Assembly: GCA_037916495.1 (NCBI GenBank)
Contig: JBAIXP010000091.1
Coordinates: 1-48,210 of the forward strand
Length of the DNA stretch: 48,210 bases
Direction: 5' to 3'
Source of the DNA: Thermoplasmata archaeon
GTDB taxonomy: Archaea; Thermoplasmatota; Thermoplasmata; Lutacidiplasmatales; UBA184
The notes under the pieces are model-generated. The model had not been told where the DNA came from and did no database searches. It saw only the letters and a program-made list of their open reading frames with translations. Shown one piece after another: positions 26,066 to 35,800 of the stretch. Numbering within the stretch: position 1 is the stretch's first letter; each line of letters opens with the position of its first letter. The position numbers were made by a program, and so were the translations under genes.

Positions 26066-27183
26066 GGGGTCGAGACCGCGAGGCGGCCGGAGAGCGTCTT
26101 CATCGCCGCGGGGAACGCCCGCGCGAACCGTTCGATGTCGGCGGGGGGGTTCGAGAACGAGACGCGGACGAACCGGGCCCCGTGGGCGGGGGAGAGGTAA
26201 CTTCCCGCGCGCACGAAGACCCCGTGGCGCAGGAGCATCTCCTCCTGGAGCGCCTCGGGTCTCACGGAGGTCTTCGCGAGGTCGACGATCGTCATGTTCG
26301 CGCGCGACGGCGCGGCCGGGGTCGTGGCCCCCTCGACGTTCCGGACGACCTCCTCGACCCTGCGGCCGTTCGCCCGGGTCTGCTCGACGACCTTGCCGAT
26401 CCAACTCGGCTTGGTCCTCAGCGCGGCCTTCGCCGCCACCTGGGCGAGGACGTTCACGCCGAGGTCGTTCGTGTTGTAGCGGGCGACCGCCTTCACCATC
26501 TCGGGTGACCCGAGGAGGCCGCCGATCCTGAGGCCGGCGAGGCCGCAGTTCTTCGAGACCGACCAGACCGTCACCGTCTGCTCCGGCGCGAAGAGCGCGG
26601 CGAGGGCGTGACCGTCGGAGAAATCGCGGTAGGTGACGTCGTTCAGGAGGAGGAGCTTGCGGTCCTTCGCGATCTCGGCGATGGCGCGGACCTCGTCGCG
26701 AGGGTAGCCCGAGCCGAGCGGGTTCAGCGGGTCGATGAGCAGGATCATCCGGGTCTTCGGTCCGATCGCCTCCGCGACCGCCTCCGACGTGAGCCGCCAG
26801 GGCGGGCGGTAGATGTCGAGGCAGCGGGTGGTCGCGCCCGCGAGCTCGACGAACTTGTGGATGATGAGGTAGCTCGGGTCGGAGGCGAGGACCTCGTCGC
26901 CCGGCCGAAGGAGCGCCCGGGTGATCATGTAGAGCGACTCGGTCCCGCCGCCGGTGAGGAACGGGACGGCCCCGGGGACGCCGAGGTCCGCCCGTGCGAG
27001 CTCGAGGAGCTCGGGGTCCCCCGAGCCGAGCGGGTAGCCCTCGTAGATGCGTCGGCCGATCGCCTCCTCGAGGGCGCCGCGGACGACCTCGGGTGGGACG
27101 AGGTGGTTGGTGTTCTGGGAGAGCCAGGCGACCTCGTCGCGGTGCGCGTGCGCGTAGCGGAAGGCGTCGAACGGCGCGGCCAC
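26062..27183 (-). CDS. Class I/II pyridoxal-phosphate-dependent aminotransferase
   Basis: 373 aa, GTG start. GGGTESLYMI, DPSY, and SVSKNCGLAGLRIGG, which carries the PLP lysine. Confidence 0.8.
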   Translation of the reverse strand: MAAPFDAFRYAHAHRDEVAWLSQNTNHLVPPEVVRGALEEAIGRRIYEGYPLGSGDPELLELARADLGVPGAVPFLTGGGTESLYMITRALLRPGDEVLASDPSYLIIHKFVELAGATTRCLDIYRPPWRLTSEAVAEAIGPKTRMILLIDPLNPLGSGYPRDEVRAIAEIAKDRKLLLLNDVTYRDFSDGHALAALFAPEQTVTVWSVSKNCGLAGLRIGGLLGSPEMVKAVARYNTNDLGVNVLAQVAAKAALRTKPSWIGKVVEQTRANGRRVEEVVRNVEGATTPAAPSRANMTIVDLAKTSVRPEALQEEMLLRHGVFVRAGSYLSPAHGARFVRVSFSNPPADIERFARAFPAAMKTLSGRLAVSTP

Positions 27184-27207
27184 GACCCTCGAGGGGTCCG
27201 GGCCGCC

Positions 27208-27996
27208 TTAACGGCTTTGTGCCGGGTCCCCCGCCTCGGCCAGGTACGTCGTCACCACGCCGAGCGACTGGACCGTGGCGCTCCGCCGCCCGAAGCCCGC
27301 CGCCGCGTGGAGCTCGAGAAGGCGCGGCCGGTCGGGGAGGCGGCGGAGCGACTCGGGGAGGTACCGGTACGGCCCCTCGCTCGCGAACGCCCGGCCGAGG
27401 ATCGGCACGACGTGGTCGAAATGCGCATGGAAGACCGCCGAGACCCACCGGGCGTCCGGCTCGCCGACCTCGAGCGACAGCAGGACCCCGCCCGGCCGCA
27501 GGACGCGCCGCATCTCGGCGAGGCCCTCCGGCAGCGAGGCGAGGTTCCTGAGCACGAACGCGTTCGTCACGAGGTCGAACGACGCGTCAGCGAACGGGAG
27601 CGAGAGCGCGCTCGCGGTCGCGAACGAGGCGGGCTCGCCCGAGGAGGACGCCGCGCCGGCCCTTTGCGCCCGGAGGACCATCGCGCGCGTGAGGTCGGTC
27701 GCGACCACCCGGGCGCTCGGAAAGTGCCGCGCGACCGCGCGGGCGAGCTCCCCGGTCCCGCACCCCACGTCGAGCGCCCGGCGGACCGGGATCCGGCGGA
27801 ACCGGTCGAGGGCCCAGAGCGACCGGGCACGCCAGACGAGGTCCTGGCCGAACGTGGCGAGGTGATTGAACAGCTCGTAGTGGCCCGCGATGTGGGCGAA
27901 CATCGTGCGGACCTCCCGCTCGAACCCCTCCTGGGCGGCGTCCGGGTAGGGAGACCCGTCCGGGGCGGTCCGTCCCGGCCGACGTGGCGCCGACAC
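27208..27996 (-). CDS. ubiE: UbiE/MenG-type demethylmenaquinone/ubiquinone C-methyltransferase
   Basis: VRTMFAHIAGHYELFNHLATFGQDLVWR, SAM motif ALDVGCGTGE, and LRPGGVLLSLE are typical of UbiE/COQ5. Confidence 0.8.
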   Translation of the reverse strand: MSAPRRPGRTAPDGSPYPDAAQEGFEREVRTMFAHIAGHYELFNHLATFGQDLVWRARSLWALDRFRRIPVRRALDVGCGTGELARAVARHFPSARVVATDLTRAMVLRAQRAGAASSSGEPASFATASALSLPFADASFDLVTNAFVLRNLASLPEGLAEMRRVLRPGGVLLSLEVGEPDARWVSAVFHAHFDHVVPILGRAFASEGPYRYLPESLRRLPDRPRLLELHAAAGFGRRSATVQSLGVVTTYLAEAGDPAQSR

Positions 27997-28020
27997 GCCA
28001 CGGTCGAGCGCCCGTCCGTC

Positions 28021-30459
28021 TTAACCTGCGGGCGGGGGCTCGTCCGAGGGCCGGATCTCGGCCTCGAGCTTCTCGATCTCGGGCAAGAGGTCCGTCCGGT
28101 GGTCGGCGACGCCGCTGGCGCGGGCCTCCTGGAGGAGGCGGCGCGCGCGCTCGGGGTCGCGGCACCGGGCGGCAAGCCGCGCTCGACGGAAGAGGAGCTC
28201 CGCGAACTCTCCCTTCGTGCCCATCCGCCGCGCGCTCTCCTGCGACTCGGCGAACCTCCGCTCGGCGTCCTCGAGCCGGCCCTCCCGCTCGGCGATCAGG
28301 CCGCGGATCATCTGGATCTGCTGCTCGGCGAGGAGGTCGCCCGTTGGCTTCAGCGTCCGCTCGGCCCGGTCGAGGAGCTCGCTCGCGGCGGCCGTCCGCC
28401 CGAGCTCGGCCTGCCACTGGCCGAGGTTGAGCAGGCAGTAGCCGATCCAGATCGGCGAGCGCGACCGTTCGGCCGCGTCGAGGGCGAGGCCGATGTCGCG
28501 CAGCGCCTCCTCCGTGCGGCCGACGCGGTGGAGCAGGACCGCCCGGTTCATCCGGACCCGGGCCGAGGCGCTCGGGTCGTCCAGCTGCGCGAACTGGCCG
28601 GCCGCCTCCTCGTAGAGCGCGAGGGTCGCCTCCACGAACTGCGGACCGCGGGGCAACAGGGTGTTCGCCACGTCGATGAGCGCGTGGCCCCGCTCGTGGG
28701 GGTTGCCCTCCCGCTCCGCGATCGCGAGCGCGGCACGCTGGTGGTGTTCGGCGCGGGTGAGGTCGGAGAGGCGCCAGTAGAGCGTCCCGAGGGCGCGGTG
28801 GGCGACGAAGACGTCCCGTGCTCCGCCCGCGCGCTCGAGCAGCTGCTCGGCCTCGAGGGCGAACGGCTCGGCCTCCTTGTAGGCGGACCGCTCGATCCGG
28901 GTCCAGGCGAGGCCGAGCAGCGCCCGCCCGAGCTCAAGATCGAACGCGGGCTCCTGCCGGGCGATCTCGACGGCCTCCTCGAGCGCCTTCTCGGCGGCCG
29001 GGAGGTTCCCGATCTCGTTCAAGAGCCGGCCGACCTCCGTGAGGAGCCGTACCTCCTTGCGCGGGTCCCGGGGGGGCTGACGGCGGGCCGCCTCGAGGGC
29101 CCGGCGCACGAGCGAGAGCGCGGTCTCGAACGCGAAGGAACGGGCGGCCTCGTCCGCGGCCCGGAGGTTGTGCTCGACGGCCTTCGGGTCGTCGCGGCCG
29201 AGGTAGAAGTGGCGCGCGAGTTCGAACTCGGTCGCGTCCGCCCGGCCCTCGAGCGAGGCTGCGATCTTCCGATGCACGATCGCCCTCCGCGTCTCGGTGA
29301 GGTCCGAATAGACCGTCGCCCAGAGCCGCTCGGAGACGAACTCGTAGACCTCCGCCCCCCGTTCGCGCAGGATCCCCTGGCGGACGAGACGGTCGAGCGA
29401 CTCGCCCACCGCCTCCTCCGGAAGTCCGACCGACGCCTGGAGCTTCGGGAAACCGAACTCGCGGCCGAACGCGCTCGCGTAGGTGAGGACCCGGTGGTCG
29501 ACCCCCTCGAGCGCGCGCGCCCGCTCGAGGAGCTCCTGCATCACGTCCCGGCTCCCCTCGTGCGAGGGGACCCCGCGGTGCGACGCGCCGGCCGCAGAGC
29601 GGACGAGGATCTCGAGGCAGAGGGGGTTGCCCTCCGTCTCGGTGTGCCAGCGCAGCACGTCCTCGGGGGACGGGCGGGCACCTCCGACCAGGGCCGAGGC
29701 GAACTCGGCGACCTCGGAGACCGAGAGGGGTCGGAGGGCGACCTCCTTGAGGATCCCCTCGTCGACGAGCTTGCGGATCGTACGGTCGACCGGGGGGGAC
29801 GGCGAGGGGTGGCTCCCGGCCGCGGCGACCACCAGGATCCCCTTCTTCCGGCCCTCCCGCGCGACGGCGGCGAGCAAATCGACCGAGAGCGCGTCCGCGA
29901 GAGGGAGGTCGTCCACGACCAGCACGAGAGGGGCGGTCGACGGGCGGCTCACGAACTGGTCGACGAACTTGCGGCGGAGGGCGTCCCGCGCGGCGCCGAG
30001 GCCCTCGACCGACGTCCGCCCCGCCGGGGCGAGGAGGCTCTCGAGCCCCTCGGGAACGAGCCCGGGGCCACCGGAGCCCGACGAGGTGGGCCCGGCCCGC
30101 TCCTCCGCCCGGGAAGGGCCCGAAAGCAGGGGACCGAACGCGGGCCCCGCGCTCGGATAGCCGAGCTCCTCGAACGGATCGGTGAGCCCGGTGAGCAGCT
30201 CGCGGGCGAGACCGAACGGCGGCGCGATCTCCTCGGGAAGGGCGCGCCCGCGCACGACGCGGAACCCGCGCTCGCGGGCCCGGTCGGCCGCGACCCGCAG
30301 CACCTCGCTCTTTCCGATCCCGTCCGGCCCGCGGACGAGCAGGCCGTGGGCTCCGTCCGAGCTCGTGTCGTCGAACGTCCGGTCGACCTCGACCAGCACC
30401 TCGGGCCGGCCGACGAACGGGCCCGGGGCCCTCGCCCGGGCCGCCGCGGTCCCCGCCAT
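28021..30459 (-). CDS. STAND-type AAA_16 NTPase with helical/winged-helix middle region and C-terminal TPR array; no recognisable effector or DNA-binding output domain
   Basis: FVGRPEVLVEV...LLVRGPDGIGKSEVL (Walker A, nt 30307-30330), LVLVVDDLPLAD (Walker B), GNPLCLEIL, then ~400 aa of TPR-like repeats. SD-like GGGAGGGAG upstream of the ATG. Confidence 0.75.
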   Translation of the reverse strand: MAGTAAARARAPGPFVGRPEVLVEVDRTFDDTSSDGAHGLLVRGPDGIGKSEVLRVAADRARERGFRVVRGRALPEEIAPPFGLARELLTGLTDPFEELGYPSAGPAFGPLLSGPSRAEERAGPTSSGSGGPGLVPEGLESLLAPAGRTSVEGLGAARDALRRKFVDQFVSRPSTAPLVLVVDDLPLADALSVDLLAAVAREGRKKGILVVAAAGSHPSPSPPVDRTIRKLVDEGILKEVALRPLSVSEVAEFASALVGGARPSPEDVLRWHTETEGNPLCLEILVRSAAGASHRGVPSHEGSRDVMQELLERARALEGVDHRVLTYASAFGREFGFPKLQASVGLPEEAVGESLDRLVRQGILRERGAEVYEFVSERLWATVYSDLTETRRAIVHRKIAASLEGRADATEFELARHFYLGRDDPKAVEHNLRAADEAARSFAFETALSLVRRALEAARRQPPRDPRKEVRLLTEVGRLLNEIGNLPAAEKALEEAVEIARQEPAFDLELGRALLGLAWTRIERSAYKEAEPFALEAEQLLERAGGARDVFVAHRALGTLYWRLSDLTRAEHHQRAALAIAEREGNPHERGHALIDVANTLLPRGPQFVEATLALYEEAAGQFAQLDDPSASARVRMNRAVLLHRVGRTEEALRDIGLALDAAERSRSPIWIGYCLLNLGQWQAELGRTAAASELLDRAERTLKPTGDLLAEQQIQMIRGLIAEREGRLEDAERRFAESQESARRMGTKGEFAELLFRRARLAARCRDPERARRLLQEARASGVADHRTDLLPEIEKLEAEIRPSDEPPPAG

Positions 30460-30483
30460 GCTAGCGGCTCCCTCCCTCGGGCG

Positions 30484-32085
30484 TCATGCGAACGGCCGGT
30501 CCTGGGCGACCGGGGCGGTCGCCTCCTCCCCCAGGTTCCCCTCGCCCCGCCGCACGTCGAGGTGCTGGGCGAGCGCGGCGACGGCCGAGGCGAGGCGGGG
30601 TGCGAGCTCCACGACCCCGAGCTCGAGCGCGCGCCGCACCGCGGTCCGTGCCCCGTCGAGGTCCCGGGTCTTGAAGCGAAGGTTCGCGAGGCAGAACTCC
30701 GCCTCCGCCTCCTCCGCGGTGAGGTGATGGCGCTGGGCGATGTCGATCGCGCGCAGGTAGGCCCGGGCCGCGTCGTCCCACTGGCCCCGGCGCTCCGCGA
30801 TGCGACCCGCGTTCTTCGTCACGAGGTCGAGGCCGAGGACATCGGAGAGCCGCTCGAGGAGACGGCCGGCCTGGGCGTTGTCCCGCTCGGCCTCCTCGAG
30901 CTGGCCGATCGCCAGCCGAAGCTCGACGCCGGACAGGAGACAACGGCCGACCCCCCGCACGTCGTGGCCGCGGTCGGCGGCCTCGCGCGCCCGGTCGAGG
31001 ATCTCGAGCCCGTCCGACGGCCGGGTCTCTCCCACGATCGTGCCGAGGTTGTGGAGGGCGCGCGCGAGCTCGACCCAGTCGTGGCTTTCCCGTCGGCGGT
31101 CGCCCGCCCGCTCGTACCACTCGATCGCGACCGGCCGGACTTCGTCGCCCAGGAGCGCGAAGGAGTTGCCGATGTCGATCGAGACCCGCCCTCGGCCGCG
31201 GTGATCGGCCTCGGGCGGGAGGGCGTCGAGCGCGCGCATCGAGCCCTCGAGGGCCTCCCGGTAGCGTCCCTCCTGGAAGGCGACGCGGCCGAGGAGGCGG
31301 TGAGCCTGCGAGATCCCGAGGGGGTCGTGCTCCTCCTCGAACAGCGCGAGCGCCCGGAGGGCCCCGTCGCGGGCCGCGGGGGCGTCCAGGTTCTCCCGGG
31401 CGACCTCGGCCCGCGCGAGGAGGAGCCGCGCGCGGACCCGGGGAGAGCCGTCCCCGCCCTCGTCGAGCGCGGTCGCGTAGTACTTGTCGGCCGTGCGGAA
31501 CTGGCCGGTGGCGTAGGAGAGGTCCCCGAGCTCCTCGGCGACCTCCGCCCGCTCCCGCGGGCCGGACCCCTCGGCGGCCGCGACGTCGACCAGCGCGCGC
31601 TCGAGGAAGTGGACGGCCGCGGGCGAATCGTCGTGCTCGCGGGCGTGCGCCGCGGCCCGTCGGTTGTACCGGTAGGACTTCGCGGGGACCTTCCCGAGGA
31701 AGTAGTGCCGGCCGAGCTCGGCGACGACGGCCGGGGTCGGTTCCGGGTTCTGGCGCTCGAGGACCTCGGCGACCTTGCGGTGGAGCAGCCGGTGGCGGCT
31801 CTCCGTCATCGACCGGTAGACCGCGGCGCGGACCTCCTCCTCGGCGAACGCGAACGCGCCGCCCCCGGCCCGCTCGGTGAGGACCCGCCGGCGGACGAGC
31901 TGCTCGAGTTCCTCGGCGAGCGCTTCCTCGTCCGTGGCCATCGCCTCCCGGAGGAGGTCGAAGCCGAATTCCCGCCCGATCGTGCTCCCGTAGGCGAGGA
32001 TCCTCAGTTGGTCCGCGGTCAGGGAAGCGAGCGGACCGCCGCGAGGACCCGCGGGAGACGACGGCCGGGTCGGGGAGGTCTCCAT
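30484..32085 (-). CDS. TPR-repeat protein, NTPase-less paralog of the adjacent STAND protein
   Basis: Residues ~25-140 (LRILAYGSTIGREFGFDLL...LVRRRVLTER...HRLLHRKVAEVLE...ELGRHYFLGK) align by eye with residues ~325-440 of the 812-aa neighbour (HRVLTYASAFGREFGFPKL...LVRQGILRER...AIVHRKIAASLE...ELARHYFLGR). A TPR array follows. Confidence 0.7.
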   Translation of the reverse strand: METSPTRPSSPAGPRGGPLASLTADQLRILAYGSTIGREFGFDLLREAMATDEEALAEELEQLVRRRVLTERAGGGAFAFAEEEVRAAVYRSMTESRHRLLHRKVAEVLERQNPEPTPAVVAELGRHYFLGKVPAKSYRYNRRAAAHAREHDDSPAAVHFLERALVDVAAAEGSGPRERAEVAEELGDLSYATGQFRTADKYYATALDEGGDGSPRVRARLLLARAEVARENLDAPAARDGALRALALFEEEHDPLGISQAHRLLGRVAFQEGRYREALEGSMRALDALPPEADHRGRGRVSIDIGNSFALLGDEVRPVAIEWYERAGDRRRESHDWVELARALHNLGTIVGETRPSDGLEILDRAREAADRGHDVRGVGRCLLSGVELRLAIGQLEEAERDNAQAGRLLERLSDVLGLDLVTKNAGRIAERRGQWDDAARAYLRAIDIAQRHHLTAEEAEAEFCLANLRFKTRDLDGARTAVRRALELGVVELAPRLASAVAALAQHLDVRRGEGNLGEEATAPVAQDRPFA

Positions 32086-32263
32086 GGGTCCGTTCCTTAC
32101 TTTCGGGCCGGGTTACATGAACCTTCTTCCGCTCAAACGGGGGCGGCCCAACGCGTTCGGCCGGGCTCTGACGGGCCGGTGGGGGCCGCGGAGGTCCCGG
32201 GCCCGCGGGGCCCTCGTGCGTCTCGCAAGGGTTAAGTCACCGACCTCGGCTCGGGGCCCCCGC

Positions 32264-32518
32264 ATGGCGACGGGTCCCGCGTCCGGCGCTGCCTCCGAGG
32301 CGCCTCGGTACCGCCAGATGCCGACGGCCCGGAAGGCCTCGTTCTGGGCGTTCGGGGCGCTGGTCGTCGCGGGGATCGCCTTCTATCTCTGGTGGGGCCT
32401 TTCTTACGGCGTCTGGATCGACAACGGCGTCTACGCCGTGACGGTCACGCTCTTGCTCTTCGGGCTCGCGGGGATGTGGCTCGTCCTTCCGTCCCCGGTT
32501 CCGCCGTCGAACCCGTAG
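32264..32518 (+). CDS. Small membrane protein (two predicted TM helices)
   Basis: ATG at 32264. FWAFGALVVAGIAFYLWWGL and YAVTVTLLLFGLAGMWLVL. High GC3. No family recognised. Confidence 0.5.
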   Translation: MATGPASGAASEAPRYRQMPTARKASFWAFGALVVAGIAFYLWWGLSYGVWIDNGVYAVTVTLLLFGLAGMWLVLPSPVPPSNP

Positions 32519-32534
32519 GCCCGTTCCGCCCCGG

Positions 32535-33977
32535 TTAGAGCGGCCGGGCGGCGACGGCCCACCGCGTCCCGTCCGTCCTCTGGCACGCAACGCACGGGGG
32601 CACCGGACCGTCCGGCATCACCGACCCCGGCTCGGGCACCCCGAGCAGCGCCCCGTCGATCGCCTTCTCGATCTCGTGGCCGCACGCCTCCGCCCCGCAC
32701 CAGCCGACCCAGCGGGCCTGCTCGGAGCCGGTGAGGTCGGCGAGCGATCCCGCCGGCGCGAACGAGGCTCGGAACGCCTCCTCCGCCCGGTGCCGGAGCT
32801 CACGGTCGAAGTCGGCGAGGCGGCCAGCCACCGCCGACTCGAGCCCGTCGAACGCCAGGGTCGACTTGCGCGCAAGGCGGTCGACCGAGGTGACGGACCT
32901 CCCCTCGGCCTCCCGGCGCCCGATCTCGAGCCGGAGGGGTACGCCGGCGAGCTCCCAGCGGTAGTACTTCGCCCCGGGCCGCTCTTCGCCCGCGTCCAAG
33001 AAGACCCGCCGACCGGCGGCGACCAGGCGGTCCCGGACCTCGGACGCCGCCCGGCCGACCGCCTCCTCGGCTCCCGCGGCCGGAACCGGGACGATCACGA
33101 CCTCGTACGGGGCGATCTCGGTCGGGAAGACGGCTCCCTTCTGGTCGCCGTGGACGGCCACGACCGCGCCGAGGAGGCGCTCGGACAGCCCGAACGTTGT
33201 CTGGTGGGCGTGACGGCGCGAGCCGTCGGCCGCCTCGTACTCGATCCCGTATGGGACCGAGAAGTTCTCCCGGTAGTGGTGGACGCTCCCGATCTGGAGG
33301 GTCCGGCTGCCGCCGACCGGGATGTCGAGCGCGATCGAGTAGAACGCCCCGGCGAACTTGTCCCATTCGGGGCGGCGGACGGAGAGGTACGGGAGGCAGA
33401 AGGCGTGGGCCATCTTCGCGAACGCCTCGAGGTTCGAGCGGACGCGCGCGGTGGCGTGCTCCTCGTCGACCTGGCAGGTGTGCTCCTCGAAGAAGTGGAT
33501 CTCGCGGACCCGGACGAACGGCCGGGTCGTCTTCGTCTCGTAGCGGAACGTGTTGACGATCTGGTAGACGTTGAGCGGGAGGTCCTTGTGCGAGCGGATC
33601 CAGAGCGCGAAGACCGGGTACATCGCGGTCTCGCTCGTCGGCCGCAGGACCAGCGGGACGTCGAGCTCGGTGAGCCCCCCGCGGGTCACCCAGTAGACCT
33701 GGGCGTCGAAGCCGGCGATGTGCTCCTTCTCCTTGGCGAACTCCGTGGCCGCGATGAGCGCCGGGAACTCGACCGCCTCCGAGCCGGTCGCCTCGATCTC
33801 GCGGACGATCACCCGGTCGAGGTTGCGCCGCGCCTTGAGGCCGTACGGCGTCCAGACGTTCATCCCCTTCACGCCGTAGCGCTTGTCGGAGAGATTGGTC
33901 GCCTCGACGACCGCGAGGTACCAGTCGATGAACGCCGTGCGCTTGTCCGGGAGACCGGCCATGAGGTCGGGGCGCAT
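32535..33977 (-). CDS. proS: Prolyl-tRNA synthetase, archaeal/eukaryotic type
   Basis: ATG at 33977 (alternative 33962). LRPTSETAMYP, FRYETKTTRPFVRVREIHFFE, and a C-terminal Zn-binding module CGAEACGHE...CVAC. The upstream part of the 607-aa ORF is low-complexity. Confidence 0.85.
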   Translation of the reverse strand: MRPDLMAGLPDKRTAFIDWYLAVVEATNLSDKRYGVKGMNVWTPYGLKARRNLDRVIVREIEATGSEAVEFPALIAATEFAKEKEHIAGFDAQVYWVTRGGLTELDVPLVLRPTSETAMYPVFALWIRSHKDLPLNVYQIVNTFRYETKTTRPFVRVREIHFFEEHTCQVDEEHATARVRSNLEAFAKMAHAFCLPYLSVRRPEWDKFAGAFYSIALDIPVGGSRTLQIGSVHHYRENFSVPYGIEYEAADGSRRHAHQTTFGLSERLLGAVVAVHGDQKGAVFPTEIAPYEVVIVPVPAAGAEEAVGRAASEVRDRLVAAGRRVFLDAGEERPGAKYYRWELAGVPLRLEIGRREAEGRSVTSVDRLARKSTLAFDGLESAVAGRLADFDRELRHRAEEAFRASFAPAGSLADLTGSEQARWVGWCGAEACGHEIEKAIDGALLGVPEPGSVMPDGPVPPCVACQRTDGTRWAVAARPL

Positions 33978-34077
33978 CCAGCTCCGCGAGTATATCCGTG
34001 GTTCCCCGCGGTGCCCGAAGAGTGAAACCCCGTGACCTAGGGTGTTAAGCCGAGGGCGCGCTCTAGTGCACGGGCCC

Positions 34078-35169
34078 ATGCGGCTCGTCGTCTGCGTCGA
34101 CCGCGACGACGACCTGGGCCGAAAGGCCGAGGTCGCCGGCCCGCTCGTCGGCCGCGAAGCGGTGGTGGACGCCGCGGTCCGCCTGGCGACCGTCGACCCC
34201 GAGGACTCCGACACGAACGCTCTCTTCGCCGCGGTCGGGCTTCTGGACGAGCTCAAGGAGTCCGGCGAGCAGTGCGAGGTCTGCGTCCTCACCGGCGCGG
34301 CCAAGGTCGGGATCGCGTCCGACCGGCGCGTCGCCGAGCAGTTCGACCGCGTCCTCAACGAGGTCCATGCGACCTCCGCCTACCTGGTGAGCGACGGCGC
34401 GGAGGACGAGTACCTCTTCCCCATCCTCTCCTCGCGCGTCCGCATCGACGGGGTCCGCCGCGTCTTCGTCCGCCAGAGCCCGACGCTCGAGGGGACGTAC
34501 TACACGCTCGTCCGGGCCCTGAAGGACCCGAAGCTCCGGGCGAAGACGATCCTGCCGTTCGCCTTCGTCCTCCTCGTCCTCGGGTTCGCGGCCGCCGGGG
34601 GGATCTTGCTCTGGGGCGTCATCGGGCTCGCGATCCTCCTCGGGATCTACCTCATCTTCTGGACGTTCGACATCGACGAGACGATCATCGACGCAATCCG
34701 TAGCGCCTCGGCGGACACGCGCCAGGGGTCGGTGGCGTTCGGCTTCGGCCTGTTCGCGATCGCCCTGGTCGGGGTCGGCTTCCTGACCGGTTACAACCTC
34801 TACATCGGCAGCACCGCGGTCTCGATCTTCGACCGGACGCTCCTGTTCGTGCAGGCGGCGCTCGTCTGGTGGGTCGCCGCGGCCGCGGTCTGGGAGACCG
34901 GCTACGCCATCCGGCGAAGGTTCGCCCGCGGGAGGTTCCCGCGCTCCTACCTGGTCGCGATGACGTCGTTCGGCGGGATCGGCCTCGTGAGCTACGGGAT
35001 CGTCTTCCTGGTCCGGTACCTCGAAGGACTACTTGCGCCGCAGACGATCCCGCTCTTCGCGGGCCTGATCGTCACCGGGCTCGGCCTCGTGATCGGCGCG
35101 GGGATGATCCAGCAGCACTTCAAAGCGGTCGCGCGGCGGGCCGTCTCCCCGACGACGCCGTCGAGCTAG
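34078..35169 (+). CDS. DUF373-family archaeal membrane protein
   Basis: MRLVVCVDRDDDLGRKA...DSDTNALFAAV...YLVSDGAEDE is the typical soluble head. C-terminal TM helices follow. Confidence 0.7.
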   Translation: MRLVVCVDRDDDLGRKAEVAGPLVGREAVVDAAVRLATVDPEDSDTNALFAAVGLLDELKESGEQCEVCVLTGAAKVGIASDRRVAEQFDRVLNEVHATSAYLVSDGAEDEYLFPILSSRVRIDGVRRVFVRQSPTLEGTYYTLVRALKDPKLRAKTILPFAFVLLVLGFAAAGGILLWGVIGLAILLGIYLIFWTFDIDETIIDAIRSASADTRQGSVAFGFGLFAIALVGVGFLTGYNLYIGSTAVSIFDRTLLFVQAALVWWVAAAAVWETGYAIRRRFARGRFPRSYLVAMTSFGGIGLVSYGIVFLVRYLEGLLAPQTIPLFAGLIVTGLGLVIGAGMIQQHFKAVARRAVSPTTPSS

Positions 35170-35770
35170 GGGCGGGGACGACCCGCTCCAGGTCCTCGCG
35201 GGGGACCTCGAGCCCGCACCGGCTCGCGAGGGTCGAGCGCACCGCGTCCACCCCGGGCGCGACCTCGGAGGCCCGCGCGGCGAGGGAGGCGAGGTCCTCC
35301 CAGTAGTTCCACGGGAAGACGACCCAGACCCACGCGTCCCGGGGGATCTCCTCCGCGTAGTAGGTCGGTACGTAGCGCGCGTGGCCGATGTGCAGGAACG
35401 CCGCCGTCTCGAGCCGGGCGGGCCCCGCCTTTCCTACGTGCTCGACCGCGAGCTGGAGGCTCTCGCCCGTGTCGGTGATGTCGTCGACGATCAGGACCGA
35501 CTCCTTGGCGACCGGTCCCGAGAGTCCCTCGGAGAGGACCGCCTTCCCGTCGCGGGTCGCCGTCACCCCCCAGTGCTGCGCCCTGAGCGAGACGATCCGC
35601 TTCACGCCGAGACGGTCGGAGAGCAGCCGGGCCGGCACCCACCCTCCGCGGGTGAGGCCGACCAGCGTGGTCGGGGTCCGGTCGGCCTCACGGACCTTCG
35701 CGGCGAGCGTGTCCGCCCACCGCTCGATCTCGGGCCAGCCGACCCGCCGGCACCTCGGCAGGTCGACCAT
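35120..35770 (-). CDS. Purine (hypoxanthine/guanine-type) phosphoribosyltransferase
   Basis: PRPP motif VLIVDDITDTGES, GLTRGGWVPARLLSD, and an archaeal Hpt-like C-terminus VVFPWNYWED. Overlaps the DUF373 3' end by 50 nt (convergent). Confidence 0.75.
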   Translation of the reverse strand: MVDLPRCRRVGWPEIERWADTLAAKVREADRTPTTLVGLTRGGWVPARLLSDRLGVKRIVSLRAQHWGVTATRDGKAVLSEGLSGPVAKESVLIVDDITDTGESLQLAVEHVGKAGPARLETAAFLHIGHARYVPTYYAEEIPRDAWVWVVFPWNYWEDLASLAARASEVAPGVDAVRSTLASRCGLEVPREDLERVVPAPSSTASSGRRPAARPL

Positions 35771-35800
35771 CGGGCCCGCGCGACCTCGTCGGGACCGGGC

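Noticed and set aside
28021-32085. Calling the STAND/TPR pair an antiviral (Avs-like) defence system
   Set aside because: No nuclease, protease, TIR, SIR2 or other effector domain is visible. No neighbouring mobile or defence genes are present, and the flanks are housekeeping. I kept it only as an open question in the findings.
26608-32235. 1875-aa plus-strand ORF, the longest in the track
   Set aside because: It runs antisense to four well-supported minus-strand genes (aminotransferase, ubiE, STAND NTPase, TPR protein). Its translation is dominated by Arg/Gly/Pro/Glu/Asp/Leu with no recognisable motifs. Stop-free antisense frames are expected at this GC content.
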